Virus record (IMG/VR): IMGVR_UViG_3300044701_002547
Coordinates: 1-64,000 of that record
Length of the DNA: 64,000 nucleotides
Strand: one strand, 5' to 3'
Origin: a virus
Within the stretch, counting starts at the first letter, position 1, and each line of letters begins with the position of its first letter. Positions 57,653-64,000 of this stretch are shown one piece after another. The notes under the pieces were generated by a model. It saw only the letters and a list, made by a program, of their open reading frames with translations, did not search any database and was not told the DNA's origin. The position numbers and the translations under genes are program-made.

Positions 57653-58372
57653 ATGCCTTTACCAACAATTGCAACACCAACTTATGAGTTGGAAATTCCT
57701 TCATTAAAGAAGAAAATTAAATACAGACCTTTTCTAGTTAAAGAAGAAAAGATTCTGATTATTGCGATGGAGAGTGAAGATCCAAAGCAAATTGCAGACG
57801 CATTAAAAACTGTAATTGGAAATTGCATTCTAACTCGCGGAATTAAAGTTGATCAATTATCAATCTTTGATATTGAATATCTCTTTCTAAACATTCGTGG
57901 AAAATCAGTCGGTGAAGATGTTGATGTTCTTTTAACTTGTCCAGACGATGGAACAACACAAGTTCCTGCAACAATTAATCTAGATGAGATTAAAGTAGTT
58001 GTAAAATCAGAACATTCGAGAGATATTAAACTTGATGAAAGTTTAACTTTAAGAATGAAATATCCTTCAATGCAAGAATTCGTTAAGAATAATTTCTCAA
58101 ACGAAGATAATAGTGGAATTCAAGATACTTTTAATATGATTGCTTCTTGTATTGAACAAATTTATAGTGAAGAAGAATCTTGGGCGGCGGCAGATTCTAC
58201 CAAAAAAGAATTAAATGAGTTTCTAGAACAACTGACTTCTCAACAATTTAAAGAAGTTGAAAAGTTCTTTGAAACGATGCCTAAACTTTCTCATACTGTT
58301 AAAGTTAAGAATCCAAATACTGGCGTCGAAAGTGAAGTTGTACTTGAGGGTTTAACATCTTTTTTCGCCTAG
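57653..58372 (+). CDS. 26: Baseplate hub assembly protein gp26-like
   Basis: MPLP...PTYELEIPS...YRPFLVKEEKIL...FDIEYLFLNIRGKSVGE...EGLTSFF. Confidence 0.9.
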   Translation: MPLPTIATPTYELEIPSLKKKIKYRPFLVKEEKILIIAMESEDPKQIADALKTVIGNCILTRGIKVDQLSIFDIEYLFLNIRGKSVGEDVDVLLTCPDDGTTQVPATINLDEIKVVVKSEHSRDIKLDESLTLRMKYPSMQEFVKNNFSNEDNSGIQDTFNMIASCIEQIYSEEESWAAADSTKKELNEFLEQLTSQQFKEVEKFFETMPKLSHTVKVKNPNTGVESEVVLEGLTSFFA

Positions 58373-58374
58373 GA

Positions 58375-58548
58375 ATGGCGCACGAAGATCTTGCGTCATA
58401 TTATAAAACTAACTTTGCTCTCATTCAGCATCATAAATATTCATTAACAGAGTTAGAAAATATGATCCCTTGGGAGCGCGAAATTTATATTACTTTACTC
58501 CAACAGTATATCGAAGAAGAAAACCTGAAGAATTCACCGAATGGCTAA
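58375..58548 (+). CDS. 51: Baseplate hub assembly catalyst gp51-like (not in ORF track)
   Basis: MAHEDLASYYKTNFALIQHHKYSLTELENMIPWEREIY... Confidence 0.88.
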   Translation: MAHEDLASYYKTNFALIQHHKYSLTELENMIPWEREIYITLLQQYIEEENLKNSPNG

Positions 58549-59818
58549 CGGAACTCCTACAAGTAGTATTGAACTGATAGGTCTTCAAAGTCAGGTAGAA
58601 GGAGTTCGTTCGGAACTTGTTTCAACTAATAACGGTCTTATAGGAATTGCAAATTTAATTCGCACTGACGGTGCCCAAGATCAGCAAAGACTTTTAGATG
58701 AAAGAAGAGATCAACAACTTTTATCTGAAAGAAAAATTAGAATGGGTCAAGAAGAAGCACTTGAAAGGCAAGTATCTGCTTCTTTTGTAGAACCTGTAAA
58801 TAAATTAGAAAGAAATTTAAGTTCTACTTTTGGTAATATTCAAAAAGCTTTAAATTTTTTGTTTGTTGGTGCTGTTAGTGGAGTATTCTTAAAAGGTTTA
58901 GGTAAAGCAGTTGATTTAGGTAAAAGTACTCTTGCTGGAGTTGGAAGTCTTTTAACAAATATTTTTGGTGCGATAGGATCTGGACTAGGAACTATTAAAA
59001 ATGGTTTTGGGTCAGTTTTAAAGTCTATTGGTGGGGTTGTGGATGATATATCAAAGGGAATATTATCTCTTGCTAAATCTCCATTTAAAGCTATTGCTGA
59101 TGCTTTTAGTAAATTATTAGGAAAAGGAACCCCAACGCCAACACCTACTCCAACTCCGAGACCAACAACTACTTCACCTGGAGGTGGTGGTGCTTTAAGG
59201 TCTCTACAAAGATTTTTGGGACCAATAACACGACTTGCTTCTGGATTTGGTGCAGTTTCTTCTGCTATGGAGGGGGATTATGTTGGTGCTGGAGTATATG
59301 GCGCTGCTGCATTATTACCAAATCCACTTACAGGTTCGGCAGCTTTAGCATATAGTTTTTTTGGAGATCAAATAAAAGAAGGGTTGTCTAATATTACAAA
59401 TCAATTTGGAAATTTTGATTTTCAAGGTTTATCTATTCCAAATCTTTTTGGAATGAATGATGGAGAAACTAATTTAGATGCCTCAAGTGCTTCTGCAGGT
59501 TCTGCAGGAGAAGTGGCAGCTCCTGTTACAAGCACAACAACTTCTGCAGCACAACCAGCAGGACCACAACGACTTCAAGTAATTCCATTTAGATCCGACC
59601 AATCTCAAGTTCAAACTCCACCAGCACAGCAAAGGAACTTACAACCTCCCGCAGAACCTGCTCCAGATGTTGTCTATCTTCAAAGTGGCAATCAACAAGA
59701 ATCTACAGTTGCTTCTAGTGGAGGTGGAACTTTAACTGATGTTCCATTAATTCCTTCTGCAAATCCTGATAATTTTTACACATTATATGCTCAACTAAAT
59801 TATAATGTGGTGATATAA
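58541..59818 (+). CDS. Tape-measure-like / baseplate hub protein
   Basis: Coiled coil followed by amphipathic G/A/L-rich helices; PT-rich linker; position after gp26/gp51. Confidence 0.55.
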   Translation: MANGTPTSSIELIGLQSQVEGVRSELVSTNNGLIGIANLIRTDGAQDQQRLLDERRDQQLLSERKIRMGQEEALERQVSASFVEPVNKLERNLSSTFGNIQKALNFLFVGAVSGVFLKGLGKAVDLGKSTLAGVGSLLTNIFGAIGSGLGTIKNGFGSVLKSIGGVVDDISKGILSLAKSPFKAIADAFSKLLGKGTPTPTPTPTPRPTTTSPGGGGALRSLQRFLGPITRLASGFGAVSSAMEGDYVGAGVYGAAALLPNPLTGSAALAYSFFGDQIKEGLSNITNQFGNFDFQGLSIPNLFGMNDGETNLDASSASAGSAGEVAAPVTSTTTSAAQPAGPQRLQVIPFRSDQSQVQTPPAQQRNLQPPAEPAPDVVYLQSGNQQESTVASSGGGTLTDVPLIPSANPDNFYTLYAQLNYNVVI

Positions 59819-59819
59819 A

Positions 59820-61844
59820 ATGGCAATAAAACCTACAATTTCTCTCAAAGGTTTAAGATCTTCAGCAGCACAGACAGGGAAAACTGCTAAATCAATACAG
59901 TCTTCTTTAACTTCCAATATAAAGCAAAAAACAAATTTATATTCAAGTATTAAAACTATTAAAAAAAGAAGAGAAGAGAGAGATCGAAGAAATATTTTAC
60001 AAACTCAATTACTAGCACCCACTCTTGTCAGAGCAAGAAGGGGTCCAAAATCTTTAGCGACAACAACTCAACAAGGATTGAGTATTGGTGATAGATTGAT
60101 GGGATTTTTAAAGTATGCAACTGCAGGATGGCTTTTGAGTAATATACCAACCTGGTCTGCACTAGGAAATCAACTTGTTAGAAGACTTAAAACTGCTGGA
60201 AGTATTTTAAGTAATTATGGTGATGAGACTCTAAAAGTATTAACGGGAATTACCAATGTTTTTGGCGCAGCTCTTACTAATATTTCGAGTTTTGATTTCT
60301 TAGATAGTTCTTCAAGATTAAAAAATTCATTTGAAAATTTAATGACAAATGTTGATGATTTGGGAAAAGGAATTATAGATGCATTTAATGTAATTCTTCA
60401 ACCTTTTACTGATATTCCTCCACTTGGTTCAGATCAATTAGAAAGAGAAAGACAACAACAAGAACAGGATAGTGGAACAGGACAACCCCAACCACCATCT
60501 GGAACTCGTGGAGGAAATTCTGATTTTTGGACTTTGGTTGCAGTTGTCTCTAGGGAAGATAGTGATCCTCAAGGGCAAGCAGACGTAGCACAATCAATTT
60601 ATAATCGTGTAGCATCTGGTGCTTATGGATCTAAAAATATTCGACAACTTATTTTAAGAGAAAGTCAATATCAACCAACTTGGGAACGTCCAAAACCAAG
60701 AAGTGATAGAAAACAAATACCAAATCCAGAATGGTATGAAATTACTGACGCAGAATCTGCAGCAAAAGCAACTGGATTTTCTGTCTCAACTATAAAGGGA
60801 GTTGCTAACAATATTACAAATCCAACATTACAAAAAGAAGCAGTAAAATTTGTTGGTGGAAGGACAGATTTTAAAGCTTCAAATAATCGATTTTCTGGAT
60901 CAATTCAAAGAAAAGCAGGTGATAATAATTTTGGATGGCAGTATGGATATAGTGGAACAACAGTTGGGCAAATTCCAAATTTAGGTTTAACACCGCCATC
61001 AACATCTCCACCTCCAGCAAGACCTGTCCCATCATCTAATTTTGCTCCAGTTTCTGGAGATAGCGGTTCTTCTATGGGAAGAAGACCTGCAAGAGTTCCT
61101 TTTAGTCCATTTAAACCTAATTCAGGTGCTGTTATAACTTCTGTTATGGGATTGAGGAAGGGAAAGCCTCACACCGGATATGATTTAGCATCCCCTTCAG
61201 GAACTCCACTTTATGCATATTTTTCTGGTATTGTTACACATGAAAATCGTGCTCCTGGAAGAGGTCCCGATCACGGAGCTGGGTATGGGTATTGGATTAT
61301 ATGGAAAGATGATGTTTATGGATCATATCATTTCTTTGGTCACATGTTAAAGCCTGCTGAAGTTAAAAAAGGTCAAAGATTTAATCAGGGAGCATTGTTA
61401 GGATATGTTGGAAGTACTGGAAGATCTACTGGACCTCATTTACACTGGGAGATCTCAAAAGATGCTCCAGATTCAATGGGAAATTTTAAAACTCGTGAAG
61501 ATATTCCAACCTGGTTAAAAAATCACCCAATTAAGAAAACTCCAACCCAAGTAACACCTCAATCAAGACCATCAGTTCCATTAGTTCCTACTCCAGCAGC
61601 AACTACTACTCAAGAAGAACAGCAAGCACAAATAGATAGTTCTTATAGAGAAGGTCTTGCGGAAGGAATAACGCAAGAAAGACAAGGAAGAAAAGTAGTT
61701 GTAATTGATGATAGAAGTTCTCCCATCATACAACAAGTTGTGTCAGGTGGCGGTGGTGATGGCATTACATTTTCAATTAATGAATCTGCCTTGTTAAATA
61801 ATTTTATAAAAAATAAACTTCTCTTAGATTTAAATTACGTCTAA
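59820..61844 (+). CDS. Tail-associated protein with SleB-like cell-wall hydrolase and M23 peptidase domains
   Basis: LVAVVSRED...ADVAQSIYNRV...QYQP; HTGYD...GYG...FGHM...GSTGRSTGPHLHWE. Confidence 0.85.
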   Translation: MAIKPTISLKGLRSSAAQTGKTAKSIQSSLTSNIKQKTNLYSSIKTIKKRREERDRRNILQTQLLAPTLVRARRGPKSLATTTQQGLSIGDRLMGFLKYATAGWLLSNIPTWSALGNQLVRRLKTAGSILSNYGDETLKVLTGITNVFGAALTNISSFDFLDSSSRLKNSFENLMTNVDDLGKGIIDAFNVILQPFTDIPPLGSDQLERERQQQEQDSGTGQPQPPSGTRGGNSDFWTLVAVVSREDSDPQGQADVAQSIYNRVASGAYGSKNIRQLILRESQYQPTWERPKPRSDRKQIPNPEWYEITDAESAAKATGFSVSTIKGVANNITNPTLQKEAVKFVGGRTDFKASNNRFSGSIQRKAGDNNFGWQYGYSGTTVGQIPNLGLTPPSTSPPPARPVPSSNFAPVSGDSGSSMGRRPARVPFSPFKPNSGAVITSVMGLRKGKPHTGYDLASPSGTPLYAYFSGIVTHENRAPGRGPDHGAGYGYWIIWKDDVYGSYHFFGHMLKPAEVKKGQRFNQGALLGYVGSTGRSTGPHLHWEISKDAPDSMGNFKTREDIPTWLKNHPIKKTPTQVTPQSRPSVPLVPTPAATTTQEEQQAQIDSSYREGLAEGITQERQGRKVVVIDDRSSPIIQQVVSGGGGDGITFSINESALLNNFIKNKLLLDLNYV

Positions 61845-63169
61845 TGTCAATTAAACAGTCAATATTTGAAGAAATTACGATTGAATCAAATGATCAGTCA
61901 AGAACTGTAGATATTACATCAGGTTCTGTGATGATTGATTATTATGAGGATATATTCTCACCAACCATCACTGCAAAAATCAGAGTTATTAATACGGGTA
62001 ATACAGTTGTCGGTGCAGATAGTAAAGATAATCAATTACAAGCAATTTACACTGGTCTTCCTTTAAGAGGAGGAGAGAGAGTTGGAATGAAAATTGCTGG
62101 AAATAGAGAGGGAAATCCAGGACTAGATTTTTCATTTGATCCTAAGACTTATTTGTATGTTTCTAGCATAAGTGATGTAATTGCCGAGAACAACAAAGAA
62201 AGTTTTACTCTTCATTTAGTGTCTAGGGAAGCAATCACAAATGAGACAACTAGAGTTGCTAAAAAATATGCAAACTTACCAATTAATGAATCCGTAAATA
62301 AAATTCTTACAGATGTATTGAGAGCAAATAAAATTGGTACATTAGATCAAACATCAAATAATTATTCTTTCATTGGTAATCTTAGAAAACCATTTACTGT
62401 TCTAACTTGGTTAGCTTCAAAAGGTGTTCCAGAAAAATCGGGAAGTGGCACGGCGGGGTTTTTCTTTTATCAGACAGTTGATGGATTTCAATTTAGATCA
62501 ATTGATTTATTAACTCAACAACCAAAAAAAGAGACCTTTACATATAGTGAAGCAACTGAAACTTATGATGCTGAAGGTCAGAGAACGAATAATGACTTTA
62601 AAATTTTAAATTATACGATACAAAAAAATCAAAATTTAATTGAAAAACTAAGATTAGGAACATATTCAAATGTCAGATATTTTTTCAATCCATTAACAGG
62701 ATCTATTACTGAACCAGGCAAAGTTACATTCAAGTATAGTGATTATGCAGACAATACAAACAATCTTGGAAAAGAATTAATTAATTTACCTAAAATTTCT
62801 GATAATGCTGGGAAAACTTTAGGAGATTGTCCGACGAGAATTATTACAGGAGTTCTTGATGTTGGAACAATGCAACCGGGAATTTCTACAAGCACAAATG
62901 CAGATCCAACAGAATACCAATCGCAAGTATTGATGAGATACAATAATATGTTTATGCAAACTTTGAATGTGATGGTTCCTTCAAATACAAATCTGAGAGC
63001 TGGTGATGTAATTGAATGTCTATTTCCTAAGATTTCAAGAGCATCTGCTAGAGAATATGATGAGGATCAAAGTGGTCTATATATGATTAAAGAGTTATGT
63101 CATCATTTTGATGCTACTCGTTCTTATACCTCTTTAAAATTAATTAGAGATACTTTTGGTAGAAAATAA
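61844..63169 (+). CDS. Baseplate hub protein (gp27-like by position)
   Basis: YYEDIFSPTITA...FFFYQT.DGFQFRSID...SGLYMIKELCHHF; precedes gp5. Confidence 0.6.
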   Translation: MSIKQSIFEEITIESNDQSRTVDITSGSVMIDYYEDIFSPTITAKIRVINTGNTVVGADSKDNQLQAIYTGLPLRGGERVGMKIAGNREGNPGLDFSFDPKTYLYVSSISDVIAENNKESFTLHLVSREAITNETTRVAKKYANLPINESVNKILTDVLRANKIGTLDQTSNNYSFIGNLRKPFTVLTWLASKGVPEKSGSGTAGFFFYQTVDGFQFRSIDLLTQQPKKETFTYSEATETYDAEGQRTNNDFKILNYTIQKNQNLIEKLRLGTYSNVRYFFNPLTGSITEPGKVTFKYSDYADNTNNLGKELINLPKISDNAGKTLGDCPTRIITGVLDVGTMQPGISTSTNADPTEYQSQVLMRYNNMFMQTLNVMVPSNTNLRAGDVIECLFPKISRASAREYDEDQSGLYMIKELCHHFDATRSYTSLKLIRDTFGRK

Positions 63170-63175
63170 ACAAAT

Positions 63176-64000
63176 ATGTTAGACCAATCATTACTTCAAA
63201 GTCATTTTATAGGTAGGGATGGTTTCCGTTGGTGGTTGGGGCAAATTCCTCCTGTTGAAGTGTGGCAAGAACAAGCAGATAAAAATGGTTGGGGTCTTAG
63301 AGTTAAGGTTAGAATTCTTGGTTATCATTCTCTTGACCCTAATGATTTGAGTGATGAAGAATTACCTTGGGCTCAGGTAATGTTGCCAACAACTGCTGGA
63401 TCTGGTGGTGCTTTTTATGGCACAAATCCAAAAGTAAGACAAGGTGATATGGTAATTGGGTTCTTTATGGATGGTGATAATGCCCAAATTCCTGTCATTA
63501 TGGGTGTATTGGGAAAGACGGATACTTGGGGAGATTTAAATTATCAAAATCCATTTACACCTTTTACTGGATATACTAAAAATATACCAAAACCAGATTT
63601 ATCTATGAGAGGATTACCTACAGGGACTCCTACAAATGAAGGTACTATCACTTCAGGAGGAGTACCTCCGGCAATTGATCCTAATAAAGGACAAACAGCA
63701 TCGAGTGCAGTAGGAACAAAAGTTGTATTGGCAAATACTTGTGAGAACACAACTCAACCAGTAATTAAATCGGAAATTGATAATTTACTTAAATGGATTC
63801 AAGATAAACAGGCAAAAATTGGCGAATATAATTTAAAAGTTAGAAATACTGCTGAAGTTATTAAAGGTGCTTTGGGTTGGGTAATCAATGAGATGTTTAA
63901 AAGGTTAGAATTATTTCTAGTGGGTGATGAAAAAAAACCTGGAATCATACCAAGAGGAATACAAGCTTTATATATTGCAGTTTATGGAGCAACATACGCT
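63176..64000 (+). CDS. 5: Baseplate hub/spike gp5, 3'-truncated by the window edge
   Basis: GRDGFRWWLGQ...RVKVRILGYH...LPWAQVMLPTT...VIGFFMDGDNAQIPVIMG OB-fold. Confidence 0.92.
   Translation, partial: MLDQSLLQSHFIGRDGFRWWLGQIPPVEVWQEQADKNGWGLRVKVRILGYHSLDPNDLSDEELPWAQVMLPTTAGSGGAFYGTNPKVRQGDMVIGFFMDGDNAQIPVIMGVLGKTDTWGDLNYQNPFTPFTGYTKNIPKPDLSMRGLPTGTPTNEGTITSGGVPPAIDPNKGQTASSAVGTKVVLANTCENTTQPVIKSEIDNLLKWIQDKQAKIGEYNLKVRNTAEVIKGALGWVINEMFKRLELFLVGDEKKPGIIPRGIQALYIAVYGATYA

Noticed and set aside
1-64000. Alternative genetic code or stop-codon reassignment
   Set aside because: Core genes are full length under the standard code, with TAA, TGA and TAG all used as stops

Overview
A 64-kb segment of a T4-like cyanomyovirus (Kyanoviridae-like). 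The evidence is psbD, phoH, thyX, glutaredoxin, gp33/gp59/gp32, the gp53-48-2-4 / tube-26-51-gp5 baseplate block and TAAATA late promoters. A freshwater picocyanobacterial host is a guess. Layout: (1) 1-2.8 kb: 5'-truncated psbD, a free-standing homing endonuclease, micro-ORFs and an HNH gene. (2) 2.8-23 kb: virion fibre genes, including two giant proline-free (Gly-Thr/Ile-Gln)n collagen-like proteins and three paralogous putative carbohydrate-binding proteins. (3) 23-45.5 kb: a large accessory island in which three 12-bladed Kelch-like propeller genes alternate with glycosyltransferase, methyltransferase, sulfotransferase and 2OG-Fe(II) oxygenase genes, followed by glycine-rich adhesin-like genes and a second glyco-modification cluster. 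(4) 45.5-64 kb: core genes. The most notable items are the propeller/enzyme cassette array with hypervariable Pro-rich loops; an NtcA box plus tandem glutamine riboswitches controlling a micro-peptide operon; a candidate -1 frameshift fusing gp26 to gp51; a relic gp4 N-terminus left by a GIY-YIG insertion; and a ~98-nt promoter-to-terminator small RNA. All family assignments come from motif recognition by eye; no database search was run.
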